From positions 1,065,985-1,129,984 of the forward strand of contig MU057887.1 in NCBI GenBank assembly GCA_013265495.1: 64,000 nt of DNA. The letters run 5' to 3'. The position numbers were made by a program, and so were the translations under genes. Position 1 is the stretch's first letter; the number at the start of each line of letters is the position of its first letter. The notes beneath the pieces were generated by a model. That model did no database searches. It was not told the origin of the DNA and saw nothing but the letters and a program-made list of their open reading frames with translations. The DNA comes from Vicugna vicugna. Lineage: Eukaryota. Shown here piece after piece: positions 49,378 to 62,450 of this stretch.

Positions 49378-49736
49378 GGGCTGGTTCTGGGGCTGGGAGA
49401 AGCGAGCGTCACTGCGAGCCGCCTTGGGCTTGGGCCTTCCATCTCGTCACCTGTAACGCGCGCCACAGCCCTGCGAGCCCGGCATGCTGTCCCTCCTCAC
49501 GGCGGGAAACTGGGCCAGAGAGGGCAGTCCTGTGCCTGGAGCCGCGCAGCGAGCGGAGGCGGTGGGTCTGACCAACTCCCCCTCACCTACCCCGACAGCC
49601 CACCTCCTGGGCCCTGGGACCTGGGAGGCTTGTGCCCCTGAGGGATCTGCAGGTTGGGGTTCACGGGTGATCCTGAGACAGGCAGGGGCCCTTCTGTCAC
49701 ACCGCGTGGGCTGACCCATTAAGAGAGAGGATGGCC

Positions 49737-49821
49737 GGGGGCTGGGTCTATACCCAGTGGTAGAGCATGTGCTTAGCGTGCACAAGGTCCTGGGTTCAAT
49801 CCCCGGTGCCTCCATTTAAAA
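49737..49821 (+). mobile_element. tRNA-derived SINE, camelid vic-1-like, short form
   Basis: CAGTGGTAGAGCATGTGCTTAGCGTGCACAAGGTCCTGGGTTCAATCCCCGGTGCCTCC plus a short A tail. Imperfect TSD AAGAGAG...GGATGGC on both sides. Confidence 0.85.
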
Positions 49822-52800
49822 AGAGAGGGTGGGGGGATGGCTGTGGGAGGCTCAGGCCCCCCCACTGTGGAGCGATGCTCTCTCAGGAGATCTTTAAAGG
49901 CTCCGAGGGCACGTCACTCACCAGTGTGTAGCTGGGAAGCACGGTGACCGCAGGCAGGTGGAGAGTGAAGACGGCAGGCCAGGGGCTGGTGTCGCCTGGG
50001 CGCCTCTGTGTGCCAAGCGCCCGGCACGGCCTCTGCCACGTGGGACCCCAGCGGGCACTAAGCTGGCTGCTCCGTGGTCACCACTGGGCAAGTGACCGAG
50101 AGGATACAGGGGAACCGAGTGTCCCAGAGGGAGGACGTCCTGTAAGTGCCTCTGTGAGGTTGGAGGGGGCACCCTGGTCCAGAACGGCCCCGTGGGCAGC
50201 TGTCCTAGTGGGTTATCTGGCCGTGGCCACGTGTGGGCCCCAGAGCTGCCCTGCCTCTGCAGCGGGAGCACCGCTCGCCTGTCAGGAGGGAAATTCACAC
50301 CCCAGGTGTGCAGAGCAGGCAGGGGCGGCCCGCGGGGCTGCCAGCATCTCCCCGTTCTTTGCCGCTAGATGTGACCTTGTCCTGGTTCGCCTCTCCCAGC
50401 TCCTGTGCTGATTCTGACGCAAACGTCAGTGAGAGGACGACTGAACTGGGCTGTTCACAGAAGCGAGGCCCGGCCCCTGGGCCCGTGGGCGTTCAGCGCG
50501 TGGCCCAGGGTGGCGCCCTCCTGAGCCCCAGCCGGGCCCTGCTCATCGTCCAGAGGGAAGGGTGAGTGGGTGCACGTTGGCACCCCCACACGGTGGGAGG
50601 GTGTCCAGTCTGTGGCCTTTGTTGTGTCGGCCGCAGGGCCTGTCCTGTCTCAGGTGACGGCAGCAGAGCGACCCAGCCCGGGCGCCATGCGCAAGGGGCC
50701 GTCAGGGGTTTCCTCCCGGGCAGAGGGGTTTGTTCGGCCCGTCCTGCTGGTGGGAGAGGCAGGGGCTATGCAGCCTCAGGGCAGCCCCTTCTTGTTGGGG
50801 GGGGCTGTTCCCCCTCCTGTGAAACAGGACAGTGATGTGCTCGAGGCCGGAAGCCTGCGCAGGCTCTTTGAGGCGGCGGTAGCCAGGCCTGAGCTGACCT
50901 CCTCACCCCAGCTTCTCCCGGAACCTCCCAGCACTCACAGGCTCAGACCTCGTTACCCGCATCCTACAGTCAGGGAAACTGAGGCCGAGAGAAGCACTAG
51001 GCAGTGAGTGCGGGGGAGGCAGGGTTAGATGCCAGAGCGGCGTGACTTGGGGCCCCAAGCCCACGCGGCGTGGATGGGGTGTGCTGGGCTCCCAGGTCCC
51101 CCTCTCTGTTTCCACGTGGAGGAGCTCCTGCCCTGTGACCAGGACCCAGGGAGCAGAGCAAAGGCTTCCCTGGTCTGCTGTGGCCCCGCCACCTGCCCTC
51201 TGGCCTGATGATGGTACTGACTGGCCTCCTCGAAGCAGATGGAATCAGGGAGGCCCAGGCAGGCTGAGTCGTTGGTGCAAAGACTCTCTGAGCAAGCTCT
51301 GTACCATCAACACCCACAGTCGTGCCAAGAGGTGGGCACACCGGCTCCCACCACCTCCTATGAGCTGTCCACCTAGATAGACTTCTTTGGTGCCCTCAGC
51401 CTCAGTTTACCTGACCGTAACTCTTAGGAGTACCTTCTAGCAGAGTTTCGGGGACACACAGTGACCCCCGGAGCACCCATAGCTTCAGTGAGCCTGGGGG
51501 TGAGACACCCCCAGTCTTTGCCCCTGAGAAGCAGCAGGAGTTTGTAACCCACTGAAAGGCAGAAACCCCCCAACCTGGTGCTTTCCTGGCCGCCTCGCCC
51601 TTCACTGGAGCTCAGCAGGTCCAACTTCATCCATGCGGGTTTATGGGTGTGTGAGTGAGATGAGGGGACTGTGGCCTGCTGCCCCTCAGAGAGGGTGACC
51701 CTAGAAAATGGCAGTGTTTCGGGCACAGTCACGTAGATACAGTGGCCTTCTGGCCCGTGGTGGCCCCTGAGAGACTCTGGGTTTCCCCTGAGCTGTGCTG
51801 GGCCCTGTGGGTCTTAGGGGAGGGTGGGCCGGAGCCAACAGGGTACAGACGCAGGGGGTGCGCCCCCCACGCGCCTGGGGGCCCCTTCCCAGGACTGAAT
51901 CAGCGTCTCTCTCCAGGTCTTGCCCCTCCTTCCCGGCCGCCCTGTTGCCCCACCGATGCCTGGAGCTTGGATGACTGTGCCTCCTCCAGGTCAGTGCGAC
52001 GTTTTGAAAGTTGAACATCAGAGCTCCCCACCCCCTCCCTCCAGGCACCACCCTGGGCTGGGCATGCCTGAAAGGACATGCACGCACATGTAACACACGC
52101 ATGTGCACACGTAAGCGCGTGCTGGCTTGGCCTCTGGAGGACCGAGGGGCTGGGCGGTTGCTTCTCGCACATCTGGGGCTCAGCTGGGCCCTCTCCCGCC
52201 ATGGTCCCGCCCCCCCCCCGGCCTCTTTCTGCAGCCAGGGGGCCCAGGGTCCGTAAGGAGTCAGGGCTGGCCCAGGTCTCACCCCAGGAAGCAGGACTGT
52301 CCTCCCAGCTCCCTCCTGCACTTAAGCTGAGCGAAGCCCCCTTTGCGAGGAGGCAGCCATTGCAGGGGTTGGTGCTGGGCGAGTGGGCCAAGGGCTGGGG
52401 ACCGGGAACCGCTGGGCAGTTGGCAGCATCTGCCCCTCCCGCCTCTTGCCCTGATGGAACTGTTGTGCTCAGGGTCCGTGGGGCCCTCCCCCAGAGGCCA
52501 GCCCGAGGTGTCGTCTGCCGGGCCCGCTTGGCTGCTTCCAGCCTCCTGGGGAGTCGGTGGGGGTGTGAGAGTGGGGCCAGATTGGCACCATCTCCCCTCC
52601 CCCGCTGCTGCCATGGCCAGGGGCGGGCCTGGGTCTGTGTGGAGAGGACCTGGGACCCCTCTGCCATCTGGGCTTCGCGTGTTTACAGGTTCTGCCTGCC
52701 CACCAGACTCTGCAGACACTGCCGTGGGGCTTGTGTGTCTGCACCCAGGGCCTGCGCCAGCCAGTGCCCAAGGGTGGGGTTGGACACGGATGCCGGGGAG

Positions 52801-55199
52801 AGGAGGCCTCCGGGGACAGCAGAGACAGGGAGGAAAGGGGTGTGGGAGGGGACACAGCAGAGGAAAGGAAGAACAGCGGAGGCAGAGGGAAAACAGGCCC
52901 GGGCTCGGGGAGGAGACAGACGGAGCAGAGCGACCAGGGACTGCACGCTGTCGCTGGGGAGACAGGGCCTGCTGGGCTCCACTCAAGGCCGTCGAGTCCG
53001 GGTGCTTTCCTGGGCAGCCACTGTGAAATCCCCACAATGTCTCTTGGGCAGCAGTGGTGGCCTCCGGGGTCCGGATGAAACACAGGCCCCGAGAGGTGCA
53101 GCTGACACCCAGGCCTGCACCAGGACGTGCCGCTGGGACCTGGTCCCCAGACCTTGCCAGGCACATGCAGGAGGCCACGAGGGGAGGGCACATCCCCCAG
53201 GAGTGGAGACGGGGTCCAGGGGAGCCCGGGCTGGTCCAGCTGGGAGGCTGGAGGGGCTCCCGGGCCAGAGTGATGGGGGCCGTGCATAGTGGCCGAGGCC
53301 CAGGAAGTGTGGGGAAGGGACCAGAGCGCATTGTGCAACGATGGAGGATGAGGCCGGTGCACAGTCGGTGCTTACTCAGTGCTCACCCAGCACCTGAGTA
53401 ATCACCGGGATAACCACACAGCTTGGTCACTGCGAGGATGAGAGCATGCCCAGGGCCTGCAGGCAGGGCCACCCTCCTCCGTGTGTGCACACCCTCCTCG
53501 TTCCTCCCCAGGACCTGGCACGGTGGTCTGTCACCTCCATCCTGTCCATCCAGAATTGGAGGCTCCGGGGCTCGGAGCAGCCCAGCTCCGGTCTCGCCAG
53601 TGATTCTGCAGGGCTGTTGGGGTGACGGAAGCCCTTTGGGATGCTGGCTGGAGCTGGGGGAGAATTGAAGGTTTAGAGGGGGCAGTGACTCACTTGGGTG
53701 GCTTTGTTTTTGAACCAACTCATAATTGTTCTCCTGCGAGTCTGCCCAGAGGTGGCCTAGGACGGCGAGGTCTAGGCCCTGGGCAGCGCCCTGGTCTCCT
53801 TTCCCTGCCCCTGCACCTGCCGCCTCACCCACGTCCAGCAGCAGACGGGAGACACGTGGACCCAGTCAGCACGCAGTGCTGGCCAGCTTTCTGAAGGGAA
53901 TTGTCCCTGTCCTCCCTGGCACCCTGCGGATAGAGGCCACCCTGTCCCTTGGGAGTTGGCATAGATGTGGGTTCACAGGAAATCAAGGCTTGGGCGGTGG
54001 CTTAGCACCCATGGCAGAGCCAGTGTTGAGAGTTGCTGGCCCTAAATCTGACCTGTGTCTGGGGCTACAGCGTGGTGAAGGGTTGCAGCCTTTTTACATG
54101 GGTGATGGCCAAGGGCGTTCTGGTGCCTCAGTGCTCCCGGGCAAGCCAGGCTGAGCAGGCACGGTGCTCCTGGAGAAGAGCTGCTCAGACTTGTGCCTGC
54201 TGGGGCAGGGACGTCAGGCTGCTGGACAGGGTGGACACAGCTGAGCTTCCAGCCCAGTAAAGTCCAGGGAACAAGGCCTCCGGCAGCGGAAGCAGGCTTG
54301 AGTCCTGAGCGTGCCTGGGAGAGCCCTTGGTGAAGACGGCTGTTTTGCTCATGCCTGGGGACTTGTCAGGATACCTGTGGTCACACAAACGACAGGGACA
54401 GTGGCTCCTGCCCTGCGACATTGCGTCTCCACCCTGTAGAAGAGGCATGGGCTCCCTCCTAATTCCCCTCTTTCATTCCTTGATGCAGGCCCTGCCCCGG
54501 CTCTGGACCTGCCCGCCTCCATCAGAGAGCAGGGCGCCACTGTGCCCAAGGTGCGTGAGTAGTGTCTCCCCTGACCCAGTTGCCTTTCGGGGACCCCACG
54601 GCTGGCTGCAGCCAGGGCCAGTGCACGGCGATCCCCGGGCAGTCTCGTGGTATTTGTGGGATGGTTCTCAAGGGTTTTCGCTCTGCACAGGCTGGGAGGG
54701 GTGGCCTGGGGCTGGACCCACGGCCCCCAGGGCAGTGCTGCTGGTCTCTGCCTTAGGTCTGGGGTTCTGACCCGGACGCCATCTGCTCGGGCGGCAGAGG
54801 CTGTGCCTCTTGTCCAAAGGAGGCGGGGAGGGGGCTCCCCAGAGGAGACGCAAGACAGGCAAGCAGGACAGGAGTCTTGAGGCTCAAGAAGCGGTTGTGG
54901 CCGACTCTGGCCCCAGCCCCGCAGGGCCTTGGTGCTACGGAAGGTCAGGGGGGCTGCGGCCATGCATCGCTGGAGTGGGTCCTGCCGGTGTCCCTCACTG
55001 GACAGGAAGGAGGTGCCGGCCTGGACTGCGGGGTGAGCTATGCTGGGATGTCCCTGGAACGCAGGACAGCCCCTTGGGCCTCCTGGTTGGAGGCTGCCCT
55101 GACCTCAGGCCAATGAGGACCCCCCAGGGGGGTCCTGAGCAGAGGAGGGTTTTCACCCGGGAGGAGCCTAGGCCTGGGAGGCAGCAAACCTGCATTCAC

Positions 55200-55720
55200 C
55201 ACCGCGGCTCCTCACGGGTCACCACCTCACGCTGGGCCGCCTCCCCGTAAGGCGGGAGGGCACTGGTGCCACAGCCGGGGCAGGGGCCTGCCCTGGAGAC
55301 CACCCGGAGCCCCTCGAAAGGGCAGCAGGGCTTCTGGTGACCCTGGCAGCTGGGAGCGTGGGCGGAAGGAAGGTTCCGGAGAGCTCACTGCCTGCCCTCT
55401 CCCGCCCGGCCCTCCCGGCCTCGGAGTGCTTCCAGCGCAGACGAGCTCCCCGCGGGCTGCGGGCGCCCGGCGCTGCGCGAAATGGCCGCCGCCCTCCGCC
55501 ATCTTGTGTGCGAGGCGGGCGGCCCCGAGCGGCCTGGACCGAGCCCAGCGCCGCCTCCCGCCCCAGCCCGGCCTTGGCCGTGGCTCCCCTGGGCTTGGCA
55601 CCAGCCGCTGCCTTGGCGAGGCGGCCTGGGAGCCCCGGCCCCTCACCCAGCCCTGCCCGGCCCCTCGCCGCCCCCAGGCCTCCCCGCCAAGCGGACGGAG
55701 ACGCTGCAGCCAGCGCCCAG
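55200..55720. promoter_or_regulatory. CpG island 6, proximal regulatory element about 7.7 kb upstream of let-7a-3
   Basis: CpG-dense. YY1-type motifs at 55480-55489 and 55496-55505, ETS-like GCGGAAG and TTCCGG at about 55362-55379. Confidence 0.7.
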
Positions 55721-57289
55721 AAGAGCTGCAATGAGAGCCATGCTCCTGGAGGGAGTCCCTGGCAGCCACCGGGTCAGTGCAGACAGTTCTAGAAACAAGG
55801 GGGGGAGGGGCCCCCTGGACACGCCGCGCACAGAGACAGGGAAGCGGCACCCTCAGGCCGCCAACCCCCTTTCCTGCCTGAGGAGTCTCTGGGCTCCTGG
55901 CCGGGCGCCAGGCCAGACACTGGGGCCACGGGGGTCAGTCGGGCTTCCGGTCCAGACACAGGCACTGCCAGTCCTCAGGAAGCAGGGCAGGGGGCTTCCT
56001 GGAGGAGGTGAGCCCCCTGCTGAGAGAGGCAGGCAGTGCTTCCCTGGGGCCTGGGCCTCGGCGGCTCTGCAGCTCCCAGAGCCGGGGTGGGCCTGCTCAC
56101 GCCCAGCCCCGCTGCACCCACAGCCCTCGCCTCTGCGGGACCAGCACCCCCAAGGGCGCTCTCCAGGCTGGGAGCAGGAGGTGTCTCCCTGCGCACGTCG
56201 TGCTCTTGCTCTGCGCACAGTGTGACCAGGCTCGCGCGGCAGCCAGCACCCCGCAGGCAGCGGTAGCGCGTTACCCCGGGGAGGCAGTCCAGGGAGTTCT
56301 GGCAGCTGGGGCCTGGAGGGAGACAGGAGAAGCCGTTGTCCCGGGAGCCAGCACTGGGTGTCACCGCAGGGCAGGGCTCCGCCGGCTGCCAGGCCTCAGT
56401 GCCCGCCCGCAGGACCCGGTGATAGGTCCTCATGGGGCAGTCAGCGTACTTCCTGGAGGAAGTTCACAGAAATTTCTGTGTAAAGAAGCAGGGGCTGGTG
56501 TTTGAAGATAGTGTGCACGTGTTAAAGGGACTGCTGTCATGTCTCTGGCAGCGTAGGGTGGGCCAGGGACCCGGGGCCAGATTTGCCCTGTGTTCTGCGT
56601 GGCCAAGGTCAGGCCCCCACGGGACAGCACACAGGTAGCAGAGGGCACAGCAGGGCTTCAGGAGCAGCAGCGTGGCTTCCCCAGACCCTTGGGGCCCTGC
56701 CAAGCCCTCCAGACTGGGAAGGTTGCTGGGCGCAGCCCCAGGCCCTTCCCAGACCCCTCTCCTCGCGGTTCCCAGAGAGAACATTCCGTCACCATGAAGT
56801 GAGGTTTGCTCCTCTCCACTACCCCCCCCACCCAAGGGAAACCCAGCCAAGGACAGGATGATGGCATGCCCAGACCAGTGCCACGGGTCCATATGCCAGG
56901 CCAGGCCCATGGCCTCCCCAGGGGGCCAGGGAGCCCCGCAGCCAGGCTGCCAGCAGGTGGGGCTGCCCCCGGCGCGGTTTCACACCGGGCATTTTTAATG
57001 CTGTGGTTGCATCTGGTCCCCCTCCCTTACTCTCTCTCCGTGCCTTGTGACCCAGACTGCGGCTTGAACTGAGAATATTTTCAGATAAATACACGCCTTT
57101 GAGGTTAAAATTGTTGCCCAGTGGTTAAATGCCAGAGACACCCATGGGCTCAGAGAGGGCTCTGCGCCTGGCTTTTCCCTTTGGATTCTGAGCAAACCCT
57201 GCAGTTGTGAATAACCGCTTCTCCTGCGGACACCCCACTTTGCACAGAGGCACCTGGACCTCCCTTCCGACGGCCCTCATGTCCCTGCC

Positions 57290-57395
57290 TCACTTGACAG
57301 AGCAGACCGCTGAGGCCAGAGGTGCTGGTTAACTTGCCCAAGGCCCTCCCTTCACTGGTTGGAGCCAGAGCAGGGATCCGAACTGTGGCCTGGCC
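57290..57395 (-). mobile_element. MIR fragment
   Basis: CTGAGGCCAGAGGTG...TAACTTGCCCAAGGCC...CAGAGCAGGGATCCGAAC. Confidence 0.65.
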
Positions 57396-60300
57396 GCCCC
57401 TAAAGCCATCAGTCCCCGCCCCCACCTCTGTGCCCATGGCCCCCATAGGTGCAAGTGTGTCTGCACAGCTGGGCTGGATCCCCCTGGCCCTGGGCCACTC
57501 GGGCCTTCCCAGCCTCCTGCATGCTAGGACTCTGTGGGCTTCCAGACACATGTCTGTGGTCCATGACACTTGACCCCTTCCCTGGAGAGTGGACGTTCCC
57601 CAGGCCTGGCCACCTTCCCCCTTGTGAGCTTGGAGGTCTCTGGGGACAAGAAAGTGGGGAGCCAGCACAGACTCCTGAGGATGGGAGACCCCTACCCAGA
57701 GCACAGGGGCATCTGTCGTGGGGAGACTGGGCGGGGAAGGTGCCAACGAGACAGCACCTTGAGCCCAAGAAGGAAGGCAGGCCTGGGGTCTGTCCCTGAC
57801 CCATGGGCTGCACCTGGGGGGCTGGGGCTCCTGTCTGGAGGGCCCTTCCCCACCCTCCTGGCCTGTGCCGCCCGGAGGTGTCCAGGGCCGTGGGAAGATT
57901 ATGGGCTCAGAAATCCAGAGTCTGGCTCCGGTTTTGCCTTCTGTCCCTGAGGGCTGCTCTTGGGGGTGTTGCAGCCACTGGCCCTTGCACTTAGCCGAGC
58001 TGTTGGAATCTGGGGCAAGAGCAACAGTCTGCACCCCTCCATCCTGCCTCGGTTTAAGCTTGATGTTTTATATCATGGACCTTTTTGCATTGATTTTGTT
58101 TTTCTGATTTTACATTAAGATACATGGTTCCTGAGTTTGGTGCTCCATACAGTGTGTGCCTGATCCACGGTGGGTGCCTGGCCCCTGCCGGCCCGAGCTG
58201 GCCTCTGCCCGGTGCACACATCTCGTTAACTTTATGGGCCGGCCGTGTTTGCAGGGAGACTCGGCCCCCGGATGCCACCCCCACGCCTTTTCCCAGACTC
58301 CGTTGTTGGCACGGCTTGCCGAGCAGAAACACTGGCCGCTTTATGGGGAGAAACCTAATCGGGGTGGCGGTAGGGGGGCAGCCATGGGGGGGTCCTGGCT
58401 CTTGGTGGCCCCAAGCCAAGCCTGAGGTGACTGCAGGGTGACACCGTCTGTCTGCCTCGCTTGCTCCAGACATCCGCCTGGCCCTGAAAGTGCCACCTGC
58501 CCACTGAGGCCTCCCACACACCTGTCCCCAGTTGGCCTGGCTCCTCCTACCCTGGGCCTGCCCGGCACCCTGCCCATGGGCAGACACTGTGGGACTGGGG
58601 CTGGGCTGGTGGTGGCAGCTGGCAGATGGCAGGGTGACTGTTGCTCACTGCCCGGCAGCCCTGCTCAGGGAGCCCCCTTCTCACTATGTTGCCTGCCCCT
58701 GCTGCCGGTCCCTGGTCCAGACCAACTGGGAAGTCCGTTTGGAGGTCTCAGACCCCTGACATCCCACCAGAATAGGGGAGGTCTCTGCCGTTCCTCCCTG
58801 GGCGAGAGACCCTTGGTCACTCCTAGGACTGTGGGGTGAGTGGGGGAGCCCAGCAAATCATGCCTGCCAACACACGGAATTTGAGCCTTTCCCCCACTAG
58901 CTCAGAAATGTCTCCACGAACGGGTCACAGACCCAGAAAAGTCCCTCCTCCCTTCCCCGAACCGGGGTTGTTGGCTAAAGAAAGAGCTAGGTTCTATGGC
59001 GGCCCTCCCTCGGTGGGCAAAGCCAGAGTTCGGGGAGCCCTGCTTGGGGTACGGTACCTGCTTCCCGGTCACCAGGGAGGCCTGGAGCGGCTGTGCGTGT
59101 GCAGGCGTCCCGCCCCACCCTCGGTGGAGAGAGGAAGCCTCCGCTGTCCGTGGGCATCCTTCGCAGGCACCGCTCGCATCGGCTACACCGCCTGCCACGG
59201 GCTTGGGTGTTCCAGACGTGAGGACTGGAGCCTAGGAGGGCAAGGCCAGGTCCCAGAGCCAGGGCAGAGCTAGGATTCACCTGGGCCCCCGCCGCAGGCC
59301 TCCAGATGGGCTGCAAGGGAGGCACACGTGTGCGGAGAGCACAGGGTCTTCGTGAGCAAGGAAGGGAACAGTGGAGTGGTCACTCCTGGCACAGGACAGG
59401 CGAGGGCAGCGGCTGGGGGGTAGGGGGGGCTGCCCAGGGCATTTTTCTGCCCTAGGAGGCTGTAGGGGGCAGGGGTCCAAGGAAGTGAGGGGAGCCGGGC
59501 GGCTGGGGCACAGTGTGGAGGAGCGAAGGTGCAGCAGCATGGAGACAGGCAGCCCGGCCTAGGGGGGCACGAGGGAAAGGGGCGGGGCAGGACCTCCTGG
59601 TCAGCCCTGCTTGTGGCTGAGGACCCTGGGGCTCAGTAGTTGGCACGTGGCAGGGCTGGGCAGGCCCAGGTGGGTCAGGCTGCAAGCCTAGCATCTTGGG
59701 CTCAGCCTTGGGCTGTCCAGCTGGCCAGAGGTCAGCTGTGGTCGTCTTCACCTTTCCCCCGTCCCCCGTGCTGGCTCTGGGAGGACACCTGGCCAGAATG
59801 GGCCAGAGCCAGGTGGGGTTACAATTTGTTGAGGGAGCCCTGGCTGAGTTCTCAGACCGGGCCCTGGGAGCCCCTGCCCCGGGGACCATCCCAGGCCTCA
59901 CTGGCCACAGGACAGGAGCCTCAGCCTGTCTGGAGCCTCCTCTAAAGGAGGGGGGGGGTGACTTTTCATCCTGGTGCCACTAACTGCCAGGCACACAGGA
60001 GAGCAGTACATGCCCCCTCTCTCCCGGATCCCGTCCCCTCCATGCCCCAGAGCATCAGTGGGAACCTGGCCTGGCGCTGGCCACCCAGCATTCAAGGATG
60101 AGACCTGTGTCTTGGTCACCTGTGCCCTGGCATCATCCAGCATGGGACAGCCACAGAGGCCACACAAGCCTTTGCACGGGCTGTGTCCAGGCAGGAGGCC
60201 TGGTGAGACAGACTAGGCGGAAATGCAGGCTCTTCAGCAGGTGGCAGGGCCAGACCGAGACGGGGGTGGGGGGGTGGCGGAGGCACGAGGCAGCTGCTGG

Positions 60301-62354
60301 AGCTCGGGCGTGGCCATGCCTCTTCCAGACCTGACGCTTGTTCCTTCTCTTCTAAAACCCAAACAGGTCAAGAAGGGGCGCTGAGATGGGAGCTTCTGTC
60401 TGAGGCCTGCCTTCCTCACGGTGAGCTGAGCGTTAGGGCCCCACCTGTAGGGGCACCTCACTGCCCGCCCCCTTCTCCCCAGCCCAGCCACAACCCACGG
60501 GCCGCCTCGCCCTCTGGCCTCCTGCAGGAGACAGGCCAGCCGGCTTCCTGCCCCTGGCCTCAGAGTTGCTGCACAACCACTCCCGCGGAATGCCCAGGGG
60601 CTCTCACATCTGGCACCTCGGCATGCCCCTCCTACCGTCCTGGCTCCCGGAGGCAGGGAGCCATGGGGGAGTTTATCATGGGGAGGGGTGTGATCAGATC
60701 TGTGTCCTTCCCGTTCATCTCTGGGCCCCGCTGTCACACACACAGGTCCTTAGATGGTGGTACCAGTGCCAAACCTTTGCCCAGGCTTAAGCCGTCCACC
60801 TGAAGCCACGTCTCCCCTTGTCCTCCTGCCACTGCTCAGCAGCAAACTCTCAGGTGGCTCACCTCACCTGCCCACAACACACTTGTGACCTTTGAGCTGT
60901 TGGTCTCTGAAGGCTCTCTGGCTATAGTCTGTCCCAGCATCTGGATGGAGGAGGAGCGCGGCCCCGTCTCACTCTGCCCAGCGAGGACTCCCCGCCAGGC
61001 TCACCCTGCACCCTTCTCTCCGCCCAGCCATGCACCAGCCCTCAAGTGTGGTCCTGATAACACAGGCTGCCTGCCGTCCACCTGAGACGCACACGGTGAG
61101 TCTGGCCTGGAACAAGAAAGGCCAGATAAGGGGACCAGGCACACCTGCTCCTCCCAGGCCGGGCTGGCGGCTTGGGGGCTTGCAGTGGCTGTGGGGGTGG
61201 ACCAGGGTGTGTGTGCGCGCGCGCGTCTCCCTCTCTCCCCACACCTTTCCTTGTCCCTTGGAGCCTAGCCCGGAGGCCAGCCCGTTGTGTGGCCCGCGGC
61301 CGCCATCTGGGGCCGGGGCCCTCCTACGGGCAGCCATGCAGGCTCTGGAGCTGAAGCCCGGCCCCAGGGAGGACGAGCAGACGCAGGCCGCAGGGCAGGG
61401 GCTGTCGGAGTCCAAGCGCTGGGGCATACGTGGATTCCAGCTCGGGGTTAGTTAAGGTGGCCTGGCTGCAGGGCACCTGCTGCATTGACCCCACATCTGA
61501 GTGAGGAAATCAGGCCCCACGAGGGCATAAGAGGTGCCCGGAGAAGCCAAACAAGGAGGCCACCTGGTCCAGCAGCCAGCTCCACCTGCTGGGCTGGCCT
61601 GTCTCATGCCACTGGGGCCGTGGTCAGAACCAGATGGTCCCTGCAGCCTGAGAACATTGCAGTCTTGGGGGCTAAGTCAGGAGCCCAGAGCATGCGCTCA
61701 GGGTGCCTCCCCTAGAGTCACTCTGAGATGTTTGGTGGAGCCCTGAGCTGGGCACCAGATTCTTGGCCTGTTTCTTCCCCAGTGATGAAGCTAACGGCAG
61801 CCAGTCACCCCGCAGGGCAGCTGGGCAGGCATCAGGCTGCCTCTGCACAGAGCTAGGCTCTTCCCACCCGGACCATTCATCATTGCTGGGGGTGGGGAGA
61901 GTATGTCAGAGGAAGACCCTTGGTCACTCTTCCCTCAACCCCATCCCTAGAGGCTGGCTGGCTCTGCCTGGAGAGTCCTTGGGGACCTCCTGGTTCTGTC
62001 CACCGACCAGGGAGTCCAAGTAGAAGCAGGGGAGCGGGACCCTGAGACCCTCCCATGCAGATTTCCCTCTGGGACCTTGAGGGAGACAGGCTGCCCATGA
62101 CCACAGGTTCCTGGGGGGCCAGGCTGTGTGGGGCACTGCTGACTCCACTCCCAGGTGACTGCCCCGTGTTTCCCACTCTGGGTGGACCTGATGTCCCCCT
62201 CACTGGCTGAGAGTTCTGGGACTCATTCCAGGGTTCTTCAGGGAGCAGCAGCTGCCCTGATTATTGGGACTGGGCCTGAGGCCACCCTCTGCAGTCGTGC
62301 GCACAGGCCAAGCTGGGAGAACCTCAGAGCGAGCCCTCTGCTACCCAGGGCCCA

Positions 62355-62450
62355 TCTGAGGCTCAGTTTCCTCACTATGGAATGGGATCAGTGATCCTAG
62401 CTTCCCCGGGCCTATGAGGACCAAATGGCGCAGCCCAGCCTGGTGCCTGC
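62355..62450 (+). mobile_element. MIR fragment
   Basis: CTCAGTTTCCTCACTATGGAATGGGA...TGAGGACCAAATG. Confidence 0.65.

Noticed and set aside
49737..49815. tRNA-Ala-like gene
   Set aside because: The acceptor and D arms are degenerate, and it has an A tail, TSD-like flanks and a related copy at 15138, so it is a SINE.
52078..53362. 403-aa, 350-aa and 297-aa overlapping ORFs
   Set aside because: No recognisable domain and overlapping on both strands in GC-rich DNA, so most likely chance ORFs.
56949..61320. CTCF-like words (CCAGCAGGTGGGG ~56950, CAGCAGGTGGCAG ~60235, CGCCATCTGG ~61301)
   Set aside because: Partial matches of this kind are frequent in GC-rich DNA and cannot be supported without PWM scores or ChIP data.
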